A DNA stretch of 64,000 nt from an uncultured virus (IMG/VR IMGVR_UViG_3300033148_005029) (taxonomy: Duplodnaviria; Heunggongvirae; Uroviricota; Caudoviricetes). Positions 17,552 through 26,707 of the stretch are shown here, piece after piece. Where the stretch lies: the IMG/VR virus record IMGVR_UViG_3300033148_005029, one strand, 5' to 3'. Positions within the stretch are counted from its first letter, which is position 1. Each line of letters begins with the position of its first letter. Below the pieces are notes generated by a model. It was not told the DNA's origin. It did not search any database and saw only the letters and a list, made by a program, of their open reading frames with translations. The translations under genes and the position numbers were made by a program.

Positions 17552-18883
17552 GTGACGATCTACTACGTCAACAAGTCAGGTGATGATGCAAACGGCGGGA
17601 CGAACGCGACGACAGACGCGAAGCTGACGATCAAGTCGGGGGTGCCTCTTTGCAGCGATGGAGATACGCTGAAGGTCGGCAGCGGCGTGTACGAAGAGGA
17701 TACTATCCCCTGGACGGGCTATAGTGGTGTCACTGTTGAGGGAGATCGGAACGTCATCATAGACGGTGGTGGGGCCAACATTTTCTCGCAGTCCGCCATC
17801 GAGATGGCCGACTACTTCACTATCAAGAATGTACGCTTCCGCGACTGTAGTTATGCGGTCTATTACAGCGGTGAATTCACTACCCGCATCAGTTTTGAGC
17901 GATGTTGGTTCGAGGCTTGCCGCTACGCGACCGGTGGGTCTCAGTCGAACAACAACCAGCGTCGGTATGTCAAGGCACACGAGTGTGTACTCATCGGTTT
18001 GGTTCATCTTTGCACCTACGGCAGCACAGGTTCTCCTATCTTCTACATGACCAACAACCTCTTCTATGACTTCTCCGGCGAGGTATATTATTCTGTTACC
18101 GGCGATAGCTATATTGGACTGGCACTGCACAAGGGTAACATCTACCACACGATAGGCGGCGCTCAGGGTCTGTGGGATCAGGCGGACGCGAATGCCAATG
18201 GTATGGGTTCAGCCCTCAGCATCGGGGATAATTACTACTACAACTTTGCGGGCAACTTCTTCAAGTGGAAGAATATCGTCTACGCTACGCTCGCTGACTT
18301 CAAGGCTGCGTTCCCTGGCTACGAGGCGGGTAGCTACGAGGGCGTGGACCCGCTCCTGGCAGACATACCGAATGGCATCTACTACCCGCGTGCGGACTCT
18401 CCTGTCGTCGGGCCTGGCACCTATGTCGAGAAGGTCGGCCCGTGGGCTCGCGTTCTCAATTTCAGCGATGGCCAGCAGTTCTTCGGTACGTGGGATATCG
18501 TCTCTTCTCCAGCCGCCGACGCAGGAACAGCATGGGCTCGCACAGCTGGGAGTGTGTCCAAGGTTGGGACGACATTCTTAGGAAACGGGACGATCGTCTC
18601 GCCTGTTATACCGTTGGCTGGCGGCAGCGTAGTACGCCTGACGCGTGTCATGCTGCGATCGAAGGAGTCCTACCCGCTCGACGTCATCGACTACGACAAC
18701 TCCGACAGCGCGCCTAACCGGAAGAACTACAGGTACCGTATCTCAGACACACCGTTCAACCAGGACGGTACTGGAGGTGGTCCTACGTGGTCATCGTACG
18801 AGATCGAGGAAGAGCTGGTAGGGCAGACAGGCGCATACGTCCAGCTTGAGTTGACGTTCCGCATTGACGGCGTTGCAGCATAG
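17552..18883 (+). CDS. Putative virion appendage protein with a right-handed beta-helix-like N-terminal region
   Basis: GTG start with RBS AGGAGA; TIYYVNKSGDDANGGT..AKLTI..GDTLKVGSGVYEE is a typical beta-helix start; MTNNLFY; VDPLLAD..Y.PRADSP. Confidence 0.65.
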   Translation: MTIYYVNKSGDDANGGTNATTDAKLTIKSGVPLCSDGDTLKVGSGVYEEDTIPWTGYSGVTVEGDRNVIIDGGGANIFSQSAIEMADYFTIKNVRFRDCSYAVYYSGEFTTRISFERCWFEACRYATGGSQSNNNQRRYVKAHECVLIGLVHLCTYGSTGSPIFYMTNNLFYDFSGEVYYSVTGDSYIGLALHKGNIYHTIGGAQGLWDQADANANGMGSALSIGDNYYYNFAGNFFKWKNIVYATLADFKAAFPGYEAGSYEGVDPLLADIPNGIYYPRADSPVVGPGTYVEKVGPWARVLNFSDGQQFFGTWDIVSSPAADAGTAWARTAGSVSKVGTTFLGNGTIVSPVIPLAGGSVVRLTRVMLRSKESYPLDVIDYDNSDSAPNRKNYRYRISDTPFNQDGTGGGPTWSSYEIEEELVGQTGAYVQLELTFRIDGVAA

Positions 18884-18892
18884 GTTGCCATC

Positions 18893-20134
18893 ATGCCGAT
18901 GCTAACTGATCCTACGCCCGTAAGTTCGTCATACGCTGTCAAGGGGACTGACGGTCCGACGCTGGCGTTGATGCACAGCACGCCGGTCAGCACCACTCCC
19001 ACCTACTTCTACAGTCCCGCCTATTCAAACCGGCTGCTTGTTCTCGTTGTGCATTCTGTACAGCCGGAGACGGAGGAATGCGCCTTCAGTGTTAAATGCG
19101 ACGGTGACTGGATGTCTTTCGCATGCCAGGCTCGCTACGTTATATGGGGTTACGTAGTAGTCACGCAGATTCACTATAAGGCGAACCCTAAGGAGGGCGG
19201 AAACGCAATCCTGATTAGCTCTGCTCCTGATATGAGGGCTCAACGCACCATCGCGATGGCTGCCTCCTTTGAGGGGGTTTCGGCACTAAACGACACGAGA
19301 TTCGGCCACGTCTACAATACTACCGGCATAAATCCAAGAGCTGACGTCACCTTCAGGGGTAACTGCCTGAACGTGCAAGCTGCTACGCGGTTCAATGCAG
19401 CCGGTTACTGGCGAGAGATACACGACCAGCTGGAGATCATGGAGGTGGCCTCTACCGCTACCCGTGGTGTCCTGGGATCGAAAATCTACGGTGCGGGAAT
19501 CAATCAGGATGCTGGTTGGTATGCTAATACAAAAACGCACCTGACAGCGGCCACCGCGACGTTCGAGCCAGCAGATTTTGACGACGGCCTGTACGGAGTC
19601 GTCATCGAGACATCGGCTTTTTCCGTTCTTGGTGGTGTATCGGTTGAGACATCGGCTCCGCCCGTCGTCGGCGGAATTGCGATCGAGACGTCTCTTCCTC
19701 CCGCGCTCGTCACTGGGCGTTGGGGCTACTCAGGCACGGTCACTGGGTCGCTTGTGGTCCCGACGACTTCGACGCGTTCGGTGTCCGGGCGGTGGGGCTA
19801 TTACGGACGCGCGTCCGGCCTGCTCGCTCCGTACGTCGTCACGACCTACGACTACTATGTCGGGTGCTCATACTGCCGCACCGGCATCTTGCTGGAGACG
19901 GACATTGCAGCGCTCCGTGCGCAGGGCTTCCGTGTCGAGCTGATCGACACGGCCGCGGGACACACGTGGGTGACGATTTCCGGTCCGCTGTCCGCGACCA
20001 TCGCCGCGCGCGAGTCGATTGTGTGGCATTCTCGCCCGACGTGGTTCTTCGGCCCAGTGCCCAACGGCACGGTGTTGACGGAATCGTTCCTGCGTCAGTG
20101 GGCGCCTCGTGGTCGGGTGATGGGCATATGGTGA
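18893..20134 (+). CDS. Hypothetical virion-associated protein
   Basis: Long ORF in the operon; contains GV.IETSA and GRWGY.G micro-repeats. Confidence 0.6.
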   Translation: MPMLTDPTPVSSSYAVKGTDGPTLALMHSTPVSTTPTYFYSPAYSNRLLVLVVHSVQPETEECAFSVKCDGDWMSFACQARYVIWGYVVVTQIHYKANPKEGGNAILISSAPDMRAQRTIAMAASFEGVSALNDTRFGHVYNTTGINPRADVTFRGNCLNVQAATRFNAAGYWREIHDQLEIMEVASTATRGVLGSKIYGAGINQDAGWYANTKTHLTAATATFEPADFDDGLYGVVIETSAFSVLGGVSVETSAPPVVGGIAIETSLPPALVTGRWGYSGTVTGSLVVPTTSTRSVSGRWGYYGRASGLLAPYVVTTYDYYVGCSYCRTGILLETDIAALRAQGFRVELIDTAAGHTWVTISGPLSATIAARESIVWHSRPTWFFGPVPNGTVLTESFLRQWAPRGRVMGIW

Positions 20135-20250
20135 GCTTGAGGTAGTATAGCCTGACCGACTATACTGGTGCGTTGAGCATCAGCACAAGCCGTTGCAGCA
20201 ATAGACCTTCGCAAAATGTCCGTTGCTGTAAGGTCGAAAACGGGGGCGTC

Positions 20251-20427
20251 ATGGAAGTTCTGGAGAACGGGGACTACCGACTTGCCGACGGGCGGGTCAT
20301 CAACAGGGCAGACGTCGCCGGCCTTCACCGGACGGTTCCGGTGGACGAGAGCATGAAGAAGCAGACAGCGGACCGGCCGCCGCTGAAGGAAGGGCACAGC
20401 AGCGGTCCCATGACCCTGCTCGGTTAG
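20251..20427 (+). CDS. Small hypothetical protein
   Basis: RBS GGGGG then ATG (MEVLENGDYRLADGR..). Confidence 0.5.
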   Translation: MEVLENGDYRLADGRVINRADVAGLHRTVPVDESMKKQTADRPPLKEGHSSGPMTLLG

Positions 20428-20436
20428 GAGATACCG

Positions 20437-21699
20437 ATGGAAGACCTTCGCGAGGCGGTTGTGGGTGCGCTGGCGCACAAGACGGAGTGCTACGAGAGCG
20501 TGCAGGTGGAGCGGTCGCTTCTCGACGAGTCCGACATCGAAGCGCTTGCTGCGGTGAAGCGTTCGCCGATGTTCGAGGGGTACAAGGGGGACATGGACTA
20601 CCACGTGCTGCGCGGTCTGCTCAGCAGCACGAACCACGATCCCATCTCGGTGAACGAGGTGCGTGCGCGTCGCTACGCTCGTCTCATCCTGGAAGGGCGG
20701 ATCACCGAGGACTTCGAGATCGACACCGACATCCTCGCGGAAGACGGCGACCCGTGCCTCCACGACGGGATGAAGGCGATGGGCAGCTTCCCCAACGTCG
20801 ATCCCTCCATGCCGAAGGGTGACGCGGACAGCGGCGTGAGCCAGAACCAGAACGGTCACGGCGACACCGCGGAGAAGCCCGGCAAGGGGTACATGGAGGA
20901 GCACCTCGACCGCGTATTCGCCATCGAGGCGTTGCTGCTCGGTGAAGAGGTCGGCACGACCCCGAAGGAGAAGTTCGGCAACTCGATGCCTTCCGGCGTC
21001 GACACTTCGGCCGACACCTCCGACGTGACCGAGGACGACAAGAAGCTCCCGAACGAGACGCACGTCGCCGCGGGTTCTCCCGACTACGACAAGATCGAGA
21101 AGAACGATGGCGGCGACCTCGACGTCGGCCCCGGTCCGATCTTCGATGAGTCGAGGCTCGCCGAGAAGGACTGGAAGCCGAAGGCGGAAGACCCGGGCGA
21201 GGGCAGTCAGGGACAGGAAGGCCGCATCCCGAAGGACAACCCCGCGCTCGACAACGTCCGTGAGGCGGAGTGGAAGCCGCAGGCGCAGGATCCGGGTGAG
21301 GAGTCTCCCGCGATGTCGCTGCCGACCGAGGATGGGTTCATCGGCGATGACGGTGTCAAGCAGCACGAAGCTCTGCAGCCCTACGAGCGGGACGCCATTC
21401 GCTACCTGGAGGCATGCGGCTACACCCCGGGCACAACTGAGTGGCGCAAAGCCTTCGCCGGCTACCTGCACGAGGTCGGCAGCTTCACCGAGAAGGCCGA
21501 CCCGGGCGGCTCCGTCTTCGTGCCCAAGGGTGGCACCGGCATCAAGACGGACAAGGACGCGGCGAAGCGGTTCGGCAAGGGTGCGACCGTGTGTGGCGCA
21601 TGCAAGGGCTCCGGCAAGGGCTCCGGCGGCAAGGGCTGTCAGCAGTGCTGGGGTGCTGGTGCGCTCGATGCACGCGGTGACAGCCCCTACTCGGATTAG
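20437..21699 (+). CDS. Acidic head-associated protein with a C-terminal DnaJ-like CxxCxGxG Zn motif
   Basis: RBS AGGAG; internal repeat E(K/A)(D/E)WKP(K/Q)A(E/Q)DPGE; C-terminal CGACKGSG..CQQCWGAG. Confidence 0.7.
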   Translation: MEDLREAVVGALAHKTECYESVQVERSLLDESDIEALAAVKRSPMFEGYKGDMDYHVLRGLLSSTNHDPISVNEVRARRYARLILEGRITEDFEIDTDILAEDGDPCLHDGMKAMGSFPNVDPSMPKGDADSGVSQNQNGHGDTAEKPGKGYMEEHLDRVFAIEALLLGEEVGTTPKEKFGNSMPSGVDTSADTSDVTEDDKKLPNETHVAAGSPDYDKIEKNDGGDLDVGPGPIFDESRLAEKDWKPKAEDPGEGSQGQEGRIPKDNPALDNVREAEWKPQAQDPGEESPAMSLPTEDGFIGDDGVKQHEALQPYERDAIRYLEACGYTPGTTEWRKAFAGYLHEVGSFTEKADPGGSVFVPKGGTGIKTDKDAAKRFGKGATVCGACKGSGKGSGGKGCQQCWGAGALDARGDSPYSD

Positions 21700-21707
21700 G
21701 GGTACTC

Positions 21708-22112
21708 ATGTTCATCGACGTACTTCAGCTGGCGGAACGTCGCGAGGTTTCGGACAAAGAGAAGCGCCAAGGCGCAGCTCTCGCGAAGCGTGCGGCCTAC
21801 GCCGGCTTTGGTGGTGGTGACGAAGAGAGTGACGCCCCCGGTCTGCGTCGTCAGGCGTCGAAGCAGTTTGGCCGCGAGCGCTACGAGTCCGAAGAGTCGC
21901 TCGACGAGAAGGGTCTTCCCAAGGGCAAGTGGTGGGCATCGCAGGGGAAGACCCCCTGGGGCGCGAAGCCTTCGTCCGGTTCATCGAAGGGCGACGCTGC
22001 GAAGACAGCCGCTCAGACCAAAGCGGTGAACAAGGCGATGCGCAAGGGCTTCAAGGAGGCACGCTTCGTCGCTGTCGAGACGCTTGAGGCTCGCGCGAGT
22101 CACAAGAGCTGA
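21708..22112 (+). CDS. Small basic protein, putative internal head protein
   Basis: Leader MFIDVLQLAE followed by basic segments separated by xxE linkers. Confidence 0.65.
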   Translation: MFIDVLQLAERREVSDKEKRQGAALAKRAAYAGFGGGDEESDAPGLRRQASKQFGRERYESEESLDEKGLPKGKWWASQGKTPWGAKPSSGSSKGDAAKTAAQTKAVNKAMRKGFKEARFVAVETLEARASHKS

Positions 22113-22145
22113 GAAAAGCAGAAACTCTGTGAGGGAGTGAGATAG

Positions 22146-22913
22146 ATGGCAACGACAGCGGTTCTCGCGCGGCAGCGCCTCAACCTTGGGCAGTACGTAA
22201 CTTCGGCGGAGGTCGACGTCTCGCTCTCGCGTCAGGAGACGTACCATCTCGTCGTCACGAAGCAGAACGCGAACGACGGCCTCGGCGACCCGCAGGTGCA
22301 GATGCTCGTCTTCAACAGGTCCAACGCGGAAGACGACATCCGCATGGACGGCACCGTGCTGAACGGTGTGGGCACGCACGCGGTGCGCTTTGGCAAGCTG
22401 CCGAATGCGATCTCGCTTCAGGTTGCGGCTGTCTACGGCAACGTGTGGATCACGGTCAACCGCGTCAGTGGTGGCGAGTCGGTCGACCTTGTCGGTGGGG
22501 TTCAGACCGTTGACCTCGCGGACGACGCGGTGACGACCGCGAAGATCCTCGACGCGAACGTGACGGCGGCGAAGCTGGCTGCCACGGTCAACCAGCTGTC
22601 CAACGTCATCGCTGACCCCGGCACCGGCGTCGCCATCCCGGTGACGGCCTCCGGCAGCATCATGATCGAGACGGCGGCGGCTGAGACGAACACGATGGCC
22701 ATCCCGACCTTCCAGGGTCAGATGATCATGCTGTACTGCGACACCTACGCAGTCGGTGATCGTGTCGTCACGGTGGCCTCGGCAATCAACGTCGCTGGCA
22801 ACACGCAGATCACCATTCCGGCTGCGAGGGCGCACATCACGCTCCTCGGTGTCACCGTGGGCGGCACGCTCGCGTGGGAAGTCTACGTGAACGTCGCCTG
22901 CACCTTGGCGTAG
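22146..22913 (+). CDS. Putative head fibre or decoration protein
   Basis: DLADDAVTTAKILDANVTAAKL fibre-type repeat; beta-rich C-terminus. Confidence 0.6.
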   Translation: MATTAVLARQRLNLGQYVTSAEVDVSLSRQETYHLVVTKQNANDGLGDPQVQMLVFNRSNAEDDIRMDGTVLNGVGTHAVRFGKLPNAISLQVAAVYGNVWITVNRVSGGESVDLVGGVQTVDLADDAVTTAKILDANVTAAKLAATVNQLSNVIADPGTGVAIPVTASGSIMIETAAAETNTMAIPTFQGQMIMLYCDTYAVGDRVVTVASAINVAGNTQITIPAARAHITLLGVTVGGTLAWEVYVNVACTLA

Positions 22914-22925
22914 TCGAGGGATCGT

Positions 22926-24188
22926 ATGCCCGACATCATCGCCTTCCGGGCCGGCCGCACGCTCCTGCGGGGGACACTCCGCGAGACGCGGGGAAGCGTG
23001 CATCGCGTCGAGATGCCGGAGGGCGATGTCGTCGAGGTCGATGACCGTTTCCGCCTTCGGGCTCCGGCAATGCTGCACGAGGTGACGCAGCGTAGCCTCT
23101 TCACCGCTCTGACGGACAGCATCATTCCCGCACTTCTCGCGGGTCAGAAGCTGCGCACGGAGTCGGTTTGGCTCCGTGGTCTCGACCGTACGAACAACGG
23201 ACCGCGTCTCCGTCTTCGTGAGGGGAACCGCGACCTCTCCGCATCGCTCTTCTCCGTGCTGTCGGAGCACGCGCAGCTTGGGGAGCACATGGCGCTCGAC
23301 GCGCATCGTCCGATGCTCACGCGTCTCGGTTTCATCGAGGGTGAAGGCTCGCCTCTCATCGACGGCGACGGCGTGCTCACACGGCCCGTCAACGTCTATC
23401 TCAAGCGTGACCTGTTCCGCGACGTCGGCCGCATCCACGAAGGTACCTCGGTCAGCGTGATGGGCTACTTTCGCGGGTGCGCGGTTGTTGAAGCGGACGG
23501 CGAGGAGTGCTGGCTTCCCGTCGAGCACAACTACTTCATCGAGTCGCTCGTGAAGGATCCCGACTACTATTTCAACCTCGACGCGGATGGGAACCTTGTG
23601 CCCGACCCGCTCGACTTCTTACCCAGCAAATCAGGGCTGGCGATGAAACCTGGCGACACATCGGCGGACGACAACTGGAACGCGCAGCCTGAGCTGACAC
23701 ACGTCTCGGGACACTTCGCGCCGTTGCCACAGCTCGGCGACCCGATGCATGATTTCCTGCACGGGAAGAAGGGCAGCATCGGGGAGAGCTACGCACCGCT
23801 CTTCTACCACCACGACTACCAGCACGCGTACCCCGAGCTTCATGGGCTTGGCGGCAGGGCAGTTCATCATCGCGATTTCAGCTCGCAGGAGCACGATGAC
23901 GCGGACGTGGAACAGCTCGTGAAGGGCGCGCCGTTGGGAGTGCGACCGGGGCGGCCGGCGGTGGAGTGCATGAAGCACGATTTCAGCCCGCAGGAGCAGG
24001 GCGCGATGGACCTCGCCTCGCTTTCGTCGGGCGCACCACTCGGGAGCGTCTTCGACCGCGCACCATCGATGGACAACTTCGCGGAGGTTTTCCGCGAAAT
24101 GTACGAGCGCATCGTCGGCATGCCGCCTACGGAGGCGGTCGTTCGCGCGTGCTACGCGGATGCATCACGGAGGCACGACTGTGGGTGA
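22926..24188 (+). CDS. Hypothetical protein with a duplicated DFSxQE..GAPLG motif
   Basis: HRDFSSQEHDDADVEQLVKGAPLG and KHDFSPQEQGAMDLASLSSGAPLG. Confidence 0.65.
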   Translation: MPDIIAFRAGRTLLRGTLRETRGSVHRVEMPEGDVVEVDDRFRLRAPAMLHEVTQRSLFTALTDSIIPALLAGQKLRTESVWLRGLDRTNNGPRLRLREGNRDLSASLFSVLSEHAQLGEHMALDAHRPMLTRLGFIEGEGSPLIDGDGVLTRPVNVYLKRDLFRDVGRIHEGTSVSVMGYFRGCAVVEADGEECWLPVEHNYFIESLVKDPDYYFNLDADGNLVPDPLDFLPSKSGLAMKPGDTSADDNWNAQPELTHVSGHFAPLPQLGDPMHDFLHGKKGSIGESYAPLFYHHDYQHAYPELHGLGGRAVHHRDFSSQEHDDADVEQLVKGAPLGVRPGRPAVECMKHDFSPQEQGAMDLASLSSGAPLGSVFDRAPSMDNFAEVFREMYERIVGMPPTEAVVRACYADASRRHDCG

Positions 24189-24546
24189 GTTCATCGACGT
24201 CTTCGATCTGATCGAAGCGAAGAAGGGTGGCCTTCATAAGCTCACGGCGAAGGAGCGGAAGGCCGTCAATGCTTCGTTCAGGAAGGGCGGACTCGACGGC
24301 AATACCGTCTTTCGTTCGCCCAACGAGGGCGTCAGTGTAGCCGCGGAGGTTATGGAAAAGCACGGGTTCGAGTTCATGGCGTCCGGTGGTTTCAGGCCGA
24401 AGAACAACGGTCGGACGAATTACGACTTCGATCGCTCGAACAAGGCGGATGCGTTCTCGCCAGCGTACATTGAGAACTCGTCCATCTGGTTCAGCTGGTA
24501 TCAGCATCGCGAAGGCGCTTTCGAGTGCCTTGCATATCTGTCGTAG
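24181..24546 (+). CDS. Small protein, putative internal head protein
   Basis: RBS GGAGG and GTG start; leader MGEFIDVFDLIE followed by a compact domain. Confidence 0.65.
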   Translation: MGEFIDVFDLIEAKKGGLHKLTAKERKAVNASFRKGGLDGNTVFRSPNEGVSVAAEVMEKHGFEFMASGGFRPKNNGRTNYDFDRSNKADAFSPAYIENSSIWFSWYQHREGAFECLAYLS

Positions 24547-24584
24547 TGGCCTTGGCAGGCACTGCTACGACGGAGGGAGAGGAC

Positions 24585-25148
24585 ATGATCGACAGCTACG
24601 GAGGAGACTGGCAAGCGATTCAGGGTATGACCTGGGAGGAGATCCAAGCGCTTCAGACCGAGTACGGACGGCCGGTCAGCGCATTCCGCATGACGAACGG
24701 GAACAACCTCGTCATGAAGGTCGAGATCGAAGCGATGACGGACGGGACGCATGGGGAGTCGATTGCCTTGGCAGGCACGACGATGAGGAAGAGCGTAGGC
24801 AACCTGCACGCGGTGCGAGGTCTCGTATTGCGTAACTCGGCGCCGTTCGTCGTGAAGAGTGCTCGGAAGAAGCATCGGTGGAAGTGGGGCTGGGCCGGGA
24901 AGATGCACGTGCGGGAGAAGCGCGAGCACTACTGGGTACCCTACCGGATCGCGGTAACGGAGCCAGCGTTGCACGAGAACGAAGGGATCGTTTACACCTC
25001 GTACAACGTCGGCAAAATTGCCGTCGAAGGACTTCGTGATCCGCTTGTCATCGTGCGCGAGATGGATGTGGTTGCCGCGTTCGACCGCGAGTACATGGCT
25101 GACGTAGACTTGACGGACTTGGCGATGAGGGAATCAGCCGCGGCATGA
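24585..25148 (+). CDS. Putative GroES/Cpn10-like co-chaperonin (functional analogue of T4 gp31)
   Basis: FRMTNGNNLVMKV..GESIALAG..AVRGLVL and GIVYTSYNVGKIAVEG..LVIVREMDVVAAF parallel the GroES N- and C-terminal motifs; the gene lies near the capsid genes. Confidence 0.55.
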   Translation: MIDSYGGDWQAIQGMTWEEIQALQTEYGRPVSAFRMTNGNNLVMKVEIEAMTDGTHGESIALAGTTMRKSVGNLHAVRGLVLRNSAPFVVKSARKKHRWKWGWAGKMHVREKREHYWVPYRIAVTEPALHENEGIVYTSYNVGKIAVEGLRDPLVIVREMDVVAAFDREYMADVDLTDLAMRESAAA

Positions 25149-25855
25149 AGTCGGTGACGTACGAGTTTGCACCCGCTCCGACGCGCCACGACGCCATATG
25201 TGCGCGGCAGCGCTGGTTGTGCGACTACACCGGCATGCCGGAGGCGCCCATCCATCTGCTGTGGGAAGACGAGGACACGCTGCAGAAGGAGCGCACGGAG
25301 CTGGCGGACCTTAGCGACGCTGCCTTCTTGCAGGTGTCTGCGCAGCTCGGTACGTTTCTCCTCCGCCGCGAGACGGAGAGCTACGACTACTACGGTGGGT
25401 TGTGCCGCGCGCTTCGTCTCTGCAAGGGTGTGCAGAAGGGCGCGCCGGTTCTCTTCCTCGGGCCGACTGCGGGCTCAGAGGTCGAGGTCATCGCGGCAGC
25501 AGGCGGCACACCGCATCTGTGCATGCCTCACGGAAGCGCACGGCTACTGTGCGAAGAGCGCCTCTTCGACAGTCGCGTCGACTGGACGAGCGTGCGGTAC
25601 GAGACGGACGTCCGGTCTGGGGCATACTTCTATGTCGTCGTGTCGGATGCCTCGCTTGACCATTGCGGAGAGGCACGCGACGCTCGCCGCTTCGTCGCGC
25701 CGGGTGGGCTCATCTTCGGGCGCAAGGGCAGCGCGGTGAGCCGGATGCTGGAAGAGCTGAACCTGCTGCGGCGGAACGTCAACTCGCAGCACGTCGATGT
25801 CTGGGGACGTCTGCCCGAACACGCTGAGAGCGAGGAGCATCATGTTCAGGTTTGA
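25145..25855 (+). CDS. Hypothetical protein, possibly a degenerate class I SAM-methyltransferase fold
   Basis: VLFLGPTAGSE (motif-I-like) and RRFVAPGGLIF. Confidence 0.4.
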   Translation: MKSVTYEFAPAPTRHDAICARQRWLCDYTGMPEAPIHLLWEDEDTLQKERTELADLSDAAFLQVSAQLGTFLLRRETESYDYYGGLCRALRLCKGVQKGAPVLFLGPTAGSEVEVIAAAGGTPHLCMPHGSARLLCEERLFDSRVDWTSVRYETDVRSGAYFYVVVSDASLDHCGEARDARRFVAPGGLIFGRKGSAVSRMLEELNLLRRNVNSQHVDVWGRLPEHAESEEHHVQV

Positions 25856-26177
25856 GGTAGAGCCAGAGATCGCGGCCGGCGTTTCCGAGGCGACGCTCTT
25901 CACGCTGATCGGCACCGACGCCATCGGCAAGATGGTCATCGTCGAGAACTTGGACCAGGCCAACACGCTGACCTACAAGTGGCAGTGGTCCAACGATCAG
26001 GTGACGTGGACGGACATCGCCGCTGCGACGACGCTTTCGGCGGGCGACTCCATCGGCTTCTTGCGGACGGAGGTCTATCAGTACCTCCGCCTGCGCGGTT
26101 CCGGCAACCTCAACGTCGCGGTTGCGGTGTTGAGGGTGCAGTCGTTCTCCGGGAACTTCTCACACGCGGTGCTGTAA
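25842..26177 (+). CDS. Small beta-rich structural protein
   Basis: RBS GAGGAG; YKWQWSNDQVTWTDI..YQYLRLRG. Confidence 0.6.
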   Translation: MFRFEVEPEIAAGVSEATLFTLIGTDAIGKMVIVENLDQANTLTYKWQWSNDQVTWTDIAAATTLSAGDSIGFLRTEVYQYLRLRGSGNLNVAVAVLRVQSFSGNFSHAVL

Positions 26178-26692
26178 TGCTAACGCTGCACGTGACATCG
26201 GGACGGGAGCTGCGCGAGAGCGACGTAGTGCGTGTCCCCTCGTCGGGGCGTGTCGGGACCGTGGTCGGCATAGACTACGGCTCGGCGGATACGCTCGTCG
26301 TGCAGTACCCCGGCGACGGCACACGTGAGCAGGTCGGCGTGAACGAGGTCGAGCTGCTCAGGACGGAGCACTACGAGCTACCTCAGCCTGCGCCATCAGT
26401 ACAAGCGCTCGCTGAGTCCATCACGTCCGGGCCGATCAGGTGTGGGGCGATGGCGTGCTACGTGTCGCGCGACGGGAGCCGGATCACCTTCGTCCCGAAG
26501 AATGGTATCGCGGTCGACCAGCTGGCGGAATCGTGGTCGAAAGGCACGACACGCGAGGCGGTCGAGAGGCTGGTCGAGGTCGCGTACGTCACACGGCTGC
26601 CACACCTCGTGCGGGTAGGCAGCCCGTGGTTGGAAGTCACGGTACTTGAGAGACTTAGTCCCGAGGCGGTAGCACGCTGCCTCGACGAATAG
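26177..26692 (+). CDS. Hypothetical protein with an SH3/KOW-like N-terminus
   Basis: TAATG coupling with the upstream gene; DVVRVPSSGRVGTVVGIDY. Confidence 0.55.
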   Translation: MLTLHVTSGRELRESDVVRVPSSGRVGTVVGIDYGSADTLVVQYPGDGTREQVGVNEVELLRTEHYELPQPAPSVQALAESITSGPIRCGAMACYVSRDGSRITFVPKNGIAVDQLAESWSKGTTREAVERLVEVAYVTRLPHLVRVGSPWLEVTVLERLSPEAVARCLDE

Positions 26693-26707
26693 ATGGAGGA
26701 GTGAGAG

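Noticed and set aside
25145..25855. Active DNA or RNA methyltransferase
   Set aside because: Only a degenerate motif-I-like segment is visible and there is no catalytic motif, so it is kept as a low-confidence fold guess.
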